From Lysobacterales bacterium (lineage in GTDB: Bacteria > Pseudomonadota > Gammaproteobacteria > Xanthomonadales > SZUA-36): DNA of 64,000 nucleotides. The stretch covers positions 457-64,456 of the forward strand of contig JBFIHZ010000001.1 of assembly GCA_041601535.1 (NCBI GenBank). Reading direction: 5' to 3'. The position numbers were made by a program, and so were the translations under genes. Under the pieces are notes generated by a model. The model had not been told where the DNA came from. It searched no databases and saw nothing but the letters and a program-made list of their open reading frames with translations. This document shows positions 46,638 through 55,705 of the stretch, in pieces. The number at the start of each line of letters is the position of its first letter. Positions within the stretch are counted from its first letter, which is position 1.

Positions 46638-49310
46638 ATGAATTCGCATGAAGACAAGCTGCGCCATGACAGTGATCCGGTCGAAACGCAGGAGTGGCTG
46701 GAGTCGCTGCAAGCCATCATTGGCCGTGAAGGCCCGGATCGCGCGCATTTTCTGCTGGAGAAACTGGTCGATTACACCCGGCGCTCCGGTGGTTACCTGC
46801 CATACGATGCCACTACCGCTTACATCAACACCATTCCGCAACATCTTGAGCAACGTTCCCCGGGCAATGCAGAGCTGGAATACCGTATCCGTTCGTTCAT
46901 CCGCTGGAACGCCATGGCAACTGTGGTGCGTGCCAGCAAACGCGGCGGCGAATTGGGCGGGCACATCGCCAGTTTTGCATCAGCCGCCACCCTGTATGAC
47001 GTAGGCTTCAATCATTTTTTCCGTGGGCCGGATCATCCGGGCGGCGGCGACCTGGTCTATATCCAGGGCCATTCCTCTCCCGGTATTTATGCCCGCTCCT
47101 ACCTGGAGGGCCGGTTGACCCAGGAACAGCTGGACGGTTTCAGGCAGGAATCCGGCGGTGAGGGGCTGAGTTCCTATCCACACCCCTGGCTTATGCCTGA
47201 TTACTGGCAGTTGCCTACCGTGTCGATGGGGCTGGGCCCGATCATGGCGATCTACCAGGCGCGCTTCCTGAAGTACCTGCACAACCGCGGCATTGCCGAT
47301 ACCTCCGACCGCAAGGTCTGGTGTTTTCTCGGCGACGGCGAAACCGATGAGCCGGAATCGCTGGGCGCCATCTCACTGGCCGGCCGGGAGAAACTGAACA
47401 ACCTGATTTTTGTCATCAATTGCAATTTGCAGCGGCTGGACGGACCAGTGCGTGGCAATGGCAAGATCATCCAGGAGCTGGAAAGCGTGTTCCGGGGCGC
47501 CGGCTGGAGCGTGTTGAAAGTAATCTGGGGCTCGTACTGGGATCCGCTTTTTGCCAAGGATACCAATGGCCTGCTGCGCAAGCGCATGGAAGAAGCAGTG
47601 GACGGCGAGTACCAGAATTACAAGGCCAAGGGTGGCGCCTACACCCGCGAACATTTCTTTGGCAAATATCCGGAACTCAAGGAAATGGTCGCCAGCATGT
47701 CCAACGACGATATATGGCGTCTGAACCGCGGTGGTCACGATCCACACAAAGTGTATGCCGCCTATTACCAGGCCATGCAGCCGCGCGAACGGCCGGTAGT
47801 CATCCTCGCCAAGACGGTAAAAGGCTATGGCATGGGCGGTGCCGGCGAAGCCCAAAACATCACCCATCAGCAGAAGAAAATGGATCTGGACTCCATTCGC
47901 CAGTTCCGTGACCGTTTTAATGTGCCGATTCCGGATGAAGAAATCGAGCAGGTGCCGTATTACCACCCGGGCGAAGACAGCCCGGAAGTACAGTACATGC
48001 TGGAACGCCGCAAACAACTGGGTGGTTTCCTGCCGCAACGCCGCAGCGATTTTGAGCCGATCAAGACACCGGAGCTGGAAGCGTTTGACAGTTTGCTGAA
48101 ATCCACCGGTGACCGCGAGATCAGCACCACGATGTCGTTTGTCCGCGGTCTGGCCATCCTGTTGCGGGACAAGGAACTGTCCTCACGGATTGTGCCCATC
48201 GTGGCTGACGAAGCCCGCACGTTCGGCATGGAAGGCATGTTCCGGCAACTGGGCATTTATTCATCCGCCGGCCAGCTGTACACGCCGGTGGATTCTGACC
48301 AGCTGATGTTTTACAAGGAAGACCAGAAAGGTCAGATCCTGCAGGAAGGCATCACCGAGGCCGGAGCGATGTCATCGTGGATTGCCGCGGCCACCAGTTA
48401 CGCCAATAGCGGCGTGCCGATGATTCCGTTTTTTATTTTCTATTCCATGTTTGGCTTCCAGCGGGTGGGCGATCTGGCCTGGGCCGCCGGTGATATGCGC
48501 GCCAAGGGCTTTCTGATTGGCGGCACCGCTGGCCGCACCACCCTGAATGGCGAGGGTCTGCAGCACGAAGATGGTAACAGCCATCTGATTTCAGGCATGG
48601 TGCCCAACTGCGTGTCTTACGATCCTACCTTCGGCTATGAAGTGGCGGTAATCCTGCAGGACGGTTTGCGGCGCATGTACACAGATGACGAGGATGTTTT
48701 CTATTACATCACCGTGATGAATGAGAATTACCCGCAGCCCGATATGCCGGAAGGGTGTGAAGAGGGCATTCGCAAGGGCATGTACCTGTTCAAGCAAGGT
48801 GAAGATGCTGAGCGCAAGGTGCAGTTGATGGGCTCCGGTACCATCCTGCGTGAAGTGGTGGCGGCAGCGAATATTCTCGAACAGGATTATGGCGTGACTG
48901 CCGACATCTGGAGCGCCACCAGCTTTACCGAATTACGCCGCAACGGTGTCGATTGCGCACGCTGGAACCGTCTGAATCCCGAGAAAGAACCCCATATTCC
49001 CTGGGTTACGAAGTGTCTTTCCGATCGCCAGGGTCCGGTCATAGCGGCTTCGGATTACGTCCGAGCATTTGCCGACCAGGTGCGCGGGTTCCTGCCGCAG
49101 GAAGACTATATCGTGCTGGGCACTGACGGTTTCGGCCGTTCGGATACACGCGAGAAACTGCGGCGGTTTTTCGAGGTGGACCGCTACCAGGTGGCTTACG
49201 CGGCGCTTTATGCCCTGTATCGCCAGGGCAAATTCAGCCAGAACGAGTTATTGACCGCGCGTGGCAAACTGGGAATCAATCCGGAGAAAACCAATCCGGC
49301 GAAAGTGTAA
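46638..49310 (+). CDS. aceE: Pyruvate dehydrogenase E1 component (homodimeric type)
   Basis: DPVETQEWLESL, GGHIASFASAATLYDVGFNHFFRG, about 890 aa. Confidence 0.95.
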   Translation: MNSHEDKLRHDSDPVETQEWLESLQAIIGREGPDRAHFLLEKLVDYTRRSGGYLPYDATTAYINTIPQHLEQRSPGNAELEYRIRSFIRWNAMATVVRASKRGGELGGHIASFASAATLYDVGFNHFFRGPDHPGGGDLVYIQGHSSPGIYARSYLEGRLTQEQLDGFRQESGGEGLSSYPHPWLMPDYWQLPTVSMGLGPIMAIYQARFLKYLHNRGIADTSDRKVWCFLGDGETDEPESLGAISLAGREKLNNLIFVINCNLQRLDGPVRGNGKIIQELESVFRGAGWSVLKVIWGSYWDPLFAKDTNGLLRKRMEEAVDGEYQNYKAKGGAYTREHFFGKYPELKEMVASMSNDDIWRLNRGGHDPHKVYAAYYQAMQPRERPVVILAKTVKGYGMGGAGEAQNITHQQKKMDLDSIRQFRDRFNVPIPDEEIEQVPYYHPGEDSPEVQYMLERRKQLGGFLPQRRSDFEPIKTPELEAFDSLLKSTGDREISTTMSFVRGLAILLRDKELSSRIVPIVADEARTFGMEGMFRQLGIYSSAGQLYTPVDSDQLMFYKEDQKGQILQEGITEAGAMSSWIAAATSYANSGVPMIPFFIFYSMFGFQRVGDLAWAAGDMRAKGFLIGGTAGRTTLNGEGLQHEDGNSHLISGMVPNCVSYDPTFGYEVAVILQDGLRRMYTDDEDVFYYITVMNENYPQPDMPEGCEEGIRKGMYLFKQGEDAERKVQLMGSGTILREVVAAANILEQDYGVTADIWSATSFTELRRNGVDCARWNRLNPEKEPHIPWVTKCLSDRQGPVIAASDYVRAFADQVRGFLPQEDYIVLGTDGFGRSDTREKLRRFFEVDRYQVAYAALYALYRQGKFSQNELLTARGKLGINPEKTNPAKV

Positions 49311-49389
49311 ACAGGTGAGATTTGGATGAAATTGGCTGCATGACTTTACGCAAGCCAGTCAGCCCCGCGAAGATGAATCGGAGCAGGAT

Positions 49390-50772
49390 GTGAGCAAGAC
49401 TGTTGAAGTACGCGTGCCGGATATCGGAGATTTCAGCGATATACCCGTGATTGAAGTGCTGGTCCAGGCAGGCGACCAGGTGCAGGCTGAAGATTCTCTG
49501 GTCACGCTGGAAAGCGACAAGGCCACCATGGAAGTGCCAGCACCGCAGGCCGGCACCATCAAGGAGGTCCGGCTGAAGGTCAATGACACGGTATCGGAAG
49601 GGGCCGTGGTCGCTGTTCTCGAAGTAGATGACGCAGACGACTCACAGGCTGCGGACGACGGGGCCAGCGGCCCATCGACACCGCCTGCGGCAGATGCCGG
49701 CACAGAGGCACAGGAACAGGTTGCCGCATCGCCTGAAGATACCGCCAGCCAGGAGCCGTCACCAGGCGATTCCGCGCCTGCGGCCAGCCCATCAGCCCCG
49801 GACCAGCAACGCCAGTTACCGCCGGAGCCGGTCCCCCGGGGTATCGCGGCCATCGATCCCGCGACGGTGCCTTACGCCAGCCCGGCCGTGCGTCAGTTTG
49901 CCCGTGAGTTGGGCGTCGACCTGAAACAAGTCAAAGGTACGGGCAACAACAACCGCATTTTGAAAGAGGATGTCGCGGCCCATATCAAGTCGGTGATGAG
50001 CGGGCAAACCGCGGCGGCCACAGGCAGCTCCGGGTTCAGTTTGCCGGCAGCGCCCAAGGTGGATTTCAGCAAGTTTGGTGAAGTTTCGGAACAGCCCCTA
50101 AGCCGTATTCAGAAGCTGTCGGCCAGCCATTTGCACCGCAACTGGGTCAGTATTCCCCACGTCACGCAACACGACGAGGCTGACATCACCGACATGGAGG
50201 CGTTTCGCAAAGCTCACACCGCCGATGCACAGGCGCAGGGCTTCAAGCTGACACCACTGGTGTTCCTGATCAAGGCCAGTGTCGCGGCCATGAAAAAGTA
50301 TCCGCGGTTCAACGCTTCGCTGGATCCGGGCGGCGAAAAGCTGATCATGAAAAACTATTTCAATATCGGTATCGCAGTCGATACGCCCGATGGCCTGGTG
50401 GTTCCGGTGCTGCGTGATTGCGACCGCAAAGGCATCATGCAACTGGCCAGCGAACTGGCGGAGCTCAGCGCCCGGGCCCGGGAGCAGAAACTCAAACCGC
50501 AGGATATCCAGGGTGGCTGCTTCTCCATTTCCAGCCTCGGCGGAATTGGCGGGACTGCGTTTACCCCCATTATCAACGCACCGGAAGTGGCGATACTCGG
50601 GGTTTCCCGCTCGCGCATGCAACCGGTGTGGATCAATGATGCGTTTGAACCCCGGCTGATGCTTCCTTTGTCACTGTCCTATGACCATCGGGTAATCGAT
50701 GGTGCCGCGGCTGCCCGCTTTACCCGGTTTTTGGCCAGCCAGCTTGAGGATCTCAGGCGCTTGACGCTGTAA
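49390..50772 (+). CDS. aceF: Dihydrolipoyllysine-residue acetyltransferase (E2) with a single lipoyl domain
   Basis: One lipoyl domain (LESDKATMEV), Ala/Pro-rich linker, E3-binding domain (ASPAVRQFARELGVDL), catalytic SLSYDHRVIDGA. GTG start. Confidence 0.93.
   Translation: MSKTVEVRVPDIGDFSDIPVIEVLVQAGDQVQAEDSLVTLESDKATMEVPAPQAGTIKEVRLKVNDTVSEGAVVAVLEVDDADDSQAADDGASGPSTPPAADAGTEAQEQVAASPEDTASQEPSPGDSAPAASPSAPDQQRQLPPEPVPRGIAAIDPATVPYASPAVRQFARELGVDLKQVKGTGNNNRILKEDVAAHIKSVMSGQTAAATGSSGFSLPAAPKVDFSKFGEVSEQPLSRIQKLSASHLHRNWVSIPHVTQHDEADITDMEAFRKAHTADAQAQGFKLTPLVFLIKASVAAMKKYPRFNASLDPGGEKLIMKNYFNIGIAVDTPDGLVVPVLRDCDRKGIMQLASELAELSARAREQKLKPQDIQGGCFSISSLGGIGGTAFTPIINAPEVAILGVSRSRMQPVWINDAFEPRLMLPLSLSYDHRVIDGAAAARFTRFLASQLEDLRRLTL
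49504..49529 (+). repeat. 26-nt exact repeat, copy 1 (lipoyl-lysine region of aceF)
   Basis: ACGCTGGAAAGCGACAAGGCCACCAT is identical to 51419-51444. Confidence 0.9.
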
Positions 50773-50783
50773 CCACCAGGCGC

Positions 50784-51299
50784 ATGGGTGATTCGAATAA
50801 AAGCGCCACCATCCCGCAGGGCCGTCAGCTTTATTGGGCGGCCATTGTCGCCTTGATGCTGGGTATTACCGCGCTGTATCACGCCGTGTTGCGCAATGAC
50901 GGCGGCATGAGTCTGCAGCAATCTGCCGACGGCAAGGTGATGGTGGTGCTGCAACGCAAGCGGAATGGCCATTACAGTGCCGATGGCACCATCAATGGGC
51001 AAAAGGTACATTTCCTGGTGGATACGGGTGCCACCGATATTGCCGTTTCAACGGAAATGGCCAGGGCACTGGGCCTGGAATTTGGCCCACCGATTGGCAT
51101 CATGACCGCTGCCGGGCGGGTTAACGGCTGGATCACCCGCATTGACGAAGCGCAGCTTGGTGTGCTGGCCGTGCAAAACGTTCGCGCCACCATTACCCCC
51201 GGGCTGGGTGACGAGGTTTTGTTGGGCATGAGTTTTCTCAAGCATTTCAGCATAGTCCAGGAGGGCGATACCCTGATCATCGCCCACAGTGGAGAATAA
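50784..51299 (+). CDS. Membrane-anchored retropepsin-like (clan AA, TIGR02281-type) aspartic protease
   Basis: N-terminal TM (LYWAAIVALMLGITALYHAVL). Catalytic FLVDTGATDIAVS (D-T-G). C-terminal LLGMSFL. Confidence 0.75.
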   Translation: MGDSNKSATIPQGRQLYWAAIVALMLGITALYHAVLRNDGGMSLQQSADGKVMVVLQRKRNGHYSADGTINGQKVHFLVDTGATDIAVSTEMARALGLEFGPPIGIMTAAGRVNGWITRIDEAQLGVLAVQNVRATITPGLGDEVLLGMSFLKHFSIVQEGDTLIIAHSGE

Positions 51300-51304
51300 G
51301 TACC

Positions 51305-53161
51305 ATGAGTAAAACTGTTGATGTAACCGTGCCTGATATTGGTGATTTCGCCGACGTGCCCGTCATCGAAATCCTGGTAAGCAAGGGCGAGCAGGTGGCC
51401 GTTGAGCAATCGCTGCTTACGCTGGAAAGCGACAAGGCCACCATCGAAATTCCCTCACCAGTGGCCGGAGAGGTGGTGGAGTTAGTGGTGGAAGTGGGTT
51501 CGACCGTTTCTGAAGGCAGCCTGATTGCACGTATAAAGGCCAGCGAGGAAGCAGGCGAAACAACCACATCTGGCCCACCCGGACAAACGGCTTCGGCCAC
51601 AGACACCGCACCGGAAAACAGCGATCACGCCGGTAGCGGAGAGGCGGCAGTCACGAGTGCATCAGCAGGCCCGCAGTCCGCCGCCGGCGGCGGCCAAACA
51701 GAGGAAACACCCGCCGCCCCGGCAGCGCGGGAGACGGGTGGTCACGAATTCGACGTTTTGGTTCTGGGTTCGGGCCCCGGCGGGTACACCGCTGCGTTCC
51801 GCGCCGCTGACCTGGGCCTGAAAGTGGCTCTGGTGGAGCGATACCCGACACTGGGTGGCGTGTGCCTGAACGTAGGCTGCATTCCGTCCAAGACCTTGCT
51901 GCACACCGCGCAGATCATTGATGAGGCGGCAGCCATGTCGCGCCATGGTGTGCAGTTTGGAGACCCCCGGATTGATCTTGTAAAGCTGGGGGCGTTCAAG
52001 GATGACGTGGTTGGCAAGCTCACCGGGGGGCTGGCGCGCATGGCCGATATGCGCAAAGTGGAGGTCATCCAGGGCAACGGCATGTTTGCCGGTCCACATG
52101 AAGTGTCGGTCGAGCACCAGGGGAAAACACGCACGGTGGGTTTTGGCCAGGCCATTATCGCGGTGGGCTCCCAGTCTTTCGAACTCCCCGGTTTGCCCTG
52201 GGGTGATCCGCGGCTGATGGACTCTACCGATGCGTTGAAACTGGAAGAGATTCCACCGCGCCTGCTGGTTATCGGCGGTGGCATTATCGGGCTGGAAATG
52301 GCTTGCGTTTATGCAGCCCTGGGCAGCAAGGTCACCGTGGTCGAACTGGCCAAGCAATTGATGCCTGGGGCCGACCCGGACCTGTTGCGGCCATTGCAAA
52401 AGCGTATCAGTAAACGCTATGAAAACATCTACCTTGAAACCCGTGTGACCCAGGTTGATGTCGCTGATGATGCGCTGGTAGCGCGTTTTGAAGGCAAGGA
52501 CGCACCGGCATCGGACAGTTTTGACCGCATCCTGGTGGCGGTGGGCCGGGTGCCGAATGGTAATCGAATAGCCGCTGAAGCGGCGGGTGTAAAGGTGACC
52601 GACCGGGGCTTTATCGAGGTGGATAACCAGATGCGCACCAACATGCCGCATATTTTTGCCATTGGTGATGTCATCGGACAGCCGATGCTGGCGCACAAGG
52701 CGACACATGAAGGCAAGGTGGCTGCTGAAGTATGTGCCGGTGAGAAAAGTGCGTTTGAAGCCCGGGTGATTCCATCCGTGGCCTATACCGACCCGGAAGT
52801 GGCCTGGGTGGGGCTGACGGAAACCGAAGCCCGCCAGGCTGGAGTGAAGTACGAAGTGGGTAAATTGCCCTGGGTGGCGAGCGCGAGGGCATTGGGCATC
52901 GACCGGCCAGAGGGCTTTACCAAGCTGCTGTTCGATCCGGAAACCAAGCGGGTTCTTGGGGCGGGCATCGTCGGTCCACACGCCGGTGACCTGATCTCAG
53001 AGGTCGCCCTGGCCATTGAAATGGGCTGTGAGGCGGCGGACATTGGCCTGACCATTCACCCGCATCCGACCCTGTCGGAAAGCATCGCAATGGCGGCAGA
53101 GGCGTTTGAAGGCACCATCACGGACCTGTATCAGCCGAAAAAGAAGAACCGCAAGGCTTGA
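51305..53161 (+). CDS. lpdA: Dihydrolipoyl dehydrogenase (E3) carrying its own N-terminal lipoyl domain
   Basis: Lipoyl domain (LESDKATIEI), long Ala/Gly/Pro/Glu linker, FAD motif VLVLGSGPGGYTAA, redox disulfide GGVCLNVGCIPSK, C-terminal HPHPTLSE. Confidence 0.93.
   Translation: MSKTVDVTVPDIGDFADVPVIEILVSKGEQVAVEQSLLTLESDKATIEIPSPVAGEVVELVVEVGSTVSEGSLIARIKASEEAGETTTSGPPGQTASATDTAPENSDHAGSGEAAVTSASAGPQSAAGGGQTEETPAAPAARETGGHEFDVLVLGSGPGGYTAAFRAADLGLKVALVERYPTLGGVCLNVGCIPSKTLLHTAQIIDEAAAMSRHGVQFGDPRIDLVKLGAFKDDVVGKLTGGLARMADMRKVEVIQGNGMFAGPHEVSVEHQGKTRTVGFGQAIIAVGSQSFELPGLPWGDPRLMDSTDALKLEEIPPRLLVIGGGIIGLEMACVYAALGSKVTVVELAKQLMPGADPDLLRPLQKRISKRYENIYLETRVTQVDVADDALVARFEGKDAPASDSFDRILVAVGRVPNGNRIAAEAAGVKVTDRGFIEVDNQMRTNMPHIFAIGDVIGQPMLAHKATHEGKVAAEVCAGEKSAFEARVIPSVAYTDPEVAWVGLTETEARQAGVKYEVGKLPWVASARALGIDRPEGFTKLLFDPETKRVLGAGIVGPHAGDLISEVALAIEMGCEAADIGLTIHPHPTLSESIAMAAEAFEGTITDLYQPKKKNRKA
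51419..51444 (+). repeat. 26-nt exact repeat, copy 2 (lipoyl-lysine region of lpd)
   Basis: Identical to 49504-49529. Confidence 0.9.
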
Positions 53162-53231
53162 TCGGCCCGGCCGGATTATCGGGCCAGTTTGGTGTCGGCT
53201 GTTACCGTCAATTGCCCTCTGCGGCGGGTGA

Positions 53232-53993
53232 TTATTTCCGCCGAAAGCGGTACACCACCCGGTCGGTTTTGCCGCGTACGGTTTCGTCGAACATGGCCTT
53301 GCCGTAGTCATCAGCAGGATTGCGTAGAATGTCGGCTTCGCCGTCAAATACAAAACAGCTGCCGGCCAGGTCCTGCTTGATCCGTTGCGGGTCAATGCGA
53401 TGCAGGCTCTGAGCAGATTCCCGGACATCCGAACCGGCGGCGGCCACGTGATCCACCACGCCCAGTATGGCACCTTGTTTAAGTGCCTTGCACAGGGTTT
53501 CCGTCAGCGCTGGCTCATCAATGGCGGGCCAGCCGTTGTCAGGGTCAAGATAATAAAAATCATGCCAGGTCAATATGGCCAGTGCGGCGTCAAACCGGGC
53601 TTCAGCTAGCTGCAGTTCACTGGCTTCCGCCGTCAGCCGCTGTACGTTGGCCAGCCGGCCGCTGGTGAAGCGGTTGCTCAGCTCATCGGCTGCATACGCC
53701 AGGTAGGCCTGGTTGTTATGCGCCACAACTTTACCGCTTTCGCCCACCACACCGCTGAGGATTTCGGTGTAATAGCCGCCGCCGGAAAACAGATCCAGTA
53801 CCGTCATTCCCGGGCCGATCTCGAAGAAAGCCAAAACGTCGTCCGGACGCCGTAACGGGTCTTTCAGACGATCAGCCTGTGGCCGTTCCGGGTTGGCCAG
53901 TGCTTCAGCAATGGCCAGGTCCAGCGAGGGACCGCCACCTTCGTTACACGGTGAGAAAAGCAACAGGCTCAAAACAGCTTGGGTGCAGGTCAT
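53232..53993 (-). CDS. Class I SAM-dependent methyltransferase-fold protein with an N-terminal signal-like sequence
   Basis: MTCTQAVLSLLLFSPC hydrophobic N-terminus. Motif I VLDLFSGGGYYTE. Confidence 0.68.
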   Translation of the reverse strand: MTCTQAVLSLLLFSPCNEGGGPSLDLAIAEALANPERPQADRLKDPLRRPDDVLAFFEIGPGMTVLDLFSGGGYYTEILSGVVGESGKVVAHNNQAYLAYAADELSNRFTSGRLANVQRLTAEASELQLAEARFDAALAILTWHDFYYLDPDNGWPAIDEPALTETLCKALKQGAILGVVDHVAAAGSDVRESAQSLHRIDPQRIKQDLAGSCFVFDGEADILRNPADDYGKAMFDETVRGKTDRVVYRFRRK

Positions 53994-54111
53994 GGTATCT
54001 GACTTCCTGTTTGGCTCGGTTGCGCTGAAGTATAAGGCACGGCCTGGAGCCGTTTACCAGGATGTCCGCTGCCCGGCGACAAACAGAAGCCGGGCTGCGA
54101 TAAAGCGCAGT

Positions 54112-55476
54112 TCAGTCGAGTATCAGAAAGCAAACTGCAGTAATAACCACTGCCCCAACCAGGTTCAGTACCAGACCGGCGTGTGCCATGTCGCGCACGG
54201 TAAACCGTCCGCTGCCGTAGACGATGGCATTGGGAGCGGTTGCCACTGGCAGCATGAACGCACAACTGGCGCTCAACGCGGCCGGCACCATCAACAGCAT
54301 GGGGTCAATGTCCGTAGCTATCGCGGTAGCCGCCAGCAATGGCATCAACAGGCTGGCTGTCGCGGTATTGCTGGTGACTTCGGTCAAGAACGTAACGGAC
54401 AGGCAGATCGACAGCACAATCAGCCAGGTGGGCAGGGTGACCAGCAAGGCCAGTTCCTCGGCAATCAGTGCCGCCAGGCCGCTCTGAACAAACGCACTGG
54501 CCAGTGCGATGCCGCCGCCGAACAGCAGCAAAACACCCCACGGAATGCGGGACGCAGCTTCCCAGCGCAGCAAGCGGCTGCCTTCACCATTGGGCAGCAT
54601 GGCCATTATCACAGCCGCCAGCATCGCCACCGAGGCATCATTGGCTTGTGGTACTCCGAATAATTCACTCCAGCCACCAAATGGCGCCTGACGGGTTACC
54701 CAGGCGAAAGCTGTGATCACAAACATGATCAACACCCGTTTCTCACTCGGTCTCCAGCTGCCGGTGGACGGCAGTTGCACCGGCTCGCTCAGGCGCAACC
54801 CACGTGTCAGCCACAAAGCCACCAGCGGAACCATGATGATGACAACCGGAATTCCCCAACTCATCCACTGCAAAAAGTCTGGTGCGGATCCGAACTGGTT
54901 CTGATGAACCTGCATGAAAATCAGGTTGGGTGGAGTGCCAATGGGTGTGCCCAGCCCGCCGATACTGGCCGCATAGGCGATACCCAGCAGCAATGGAATG
55001 GCCATGCGTTTTTCCGTGTGATCCAGCACCGCCAGGGCCACGGGTAACAGCATCAGCGTGGTTGCGGTGTTGGAGATCCACATGCTCAGGACAGCCGAGG
55101 CGCACATAAAGCCCATCACCAGGCCACGCGCGCTGCCGCCACCGAACAGGTTGACCATGTACAGGGCCAGCCGCTTATGGGCACCCGAGTCCGCCATGGC
55201 CGTGGACAGCATGAAGCCGCCCATCAGCAACAGGATTAACGGACTGCCAAATGCCTGTCCTACCTCAGCCGGGGTGAGAATACCCAGCAAAGGGAACAAG
55301 GCCAAGGGAATCAGCGATGTGAAGGGAATGGGCACCGGCTCAAAAATCCACCAGCTGGCGCACAACAGCGCGATGGCGGCGGTGGCCGCGGCGGCAAAGG
55401 TCCAGTCATTATTGCGCAGAAGAACAAACAGAATAAGCGACAAAACCGGTCCGCCAAGCAGGAGTAGACGGTTCAT
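54112..55476 (-). CDS. SLC13/DASS-family anion:sodium symporter (substrate unknown: sulfate or di/tricarboxylate)
   Basis: About 454 aa polytopic protein with repeated SNTAT-type hairpin motifs (WISNTATTLMLLP; VTSNTATASLLMP). Confidence 0.82.
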   Translation of the reverse strand: MNRLLLLGGPVLSLILFVLLRNNDWTFAAAATAAIALLCASWWIFEPVPIPFTSLIPLALFPLLGILTPAEVGQAFGSPLILLLMGGFMLSTAMADSGAHKRLALYMVNLFGGGSARGLVMGFMCASAVLSMWISNTATTLMLLPVALAVLDHTEKRMAIPLLLGIAYAASIGGLGTPIGTPPNLIFMQVHQNQFGSAPDFLQWMSWGIPVVIIMVPLVALWLTRGLRLSEPVQLPSTGSWRPSEKRVLIMFVITAFAWVTRQAPFGGWSELFGVPQANDASVAMLAAVIMAMLPNGEGSRLLRWEAASRIPWGVLLLFGGGIALASAFVQSGLAALIAEELALLVTLPTWLIVLSICLSVTFLTEVTSNTATASLLMPLLAATAIATDIDPMLLMVPAALSASCAFMLPVATAPNAIVYGSGRFTVRDMAHAGLVLNLVGAVVITAVCFLILD

Positions 55477-55705
55477 TTAAGCAAGCTGATTCTGGTCAAA
55501 AGGAAAGCCATATCATTGTGCGTTTTTATATTCATTGTCGTATGATACCGTCAGTACAGGGAATTCTGAGTACCTGCGGGCGGCCTTAGTTGCCGGTCTC
55601 GCAGGTAAATGTTGGAAGTCTTCCTTCGTTTTGTTCATACGCTACCGTATGGTTGGCGCTTCGATGAAGCGATGGATTATGACTTAGTAGACGACGGGGA
55701 CACAA

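Noticed and set aside
51662-52981. 439-aa minus-strand ORF inside lpd (and the similar 8243-9100, 23885-24592, 35536-36057 and 53893-54663 ORFs)
   Set aside because: All are antisense to confidently identified genes and compositionally biased. They lack signal sequences and motifs, so they are GC-driven open frames.
54112-55476. Calling the SLC13 permease a sulfate transporter that feeds the sulfotransferases
   Set aside because: DASS/SLC13 members transport sulfate or di/tricarboxylates, and the sequence alone does not discriminate. There is no genomic linkage to the sulfotransferase genes. It is mentioned only as speculation.
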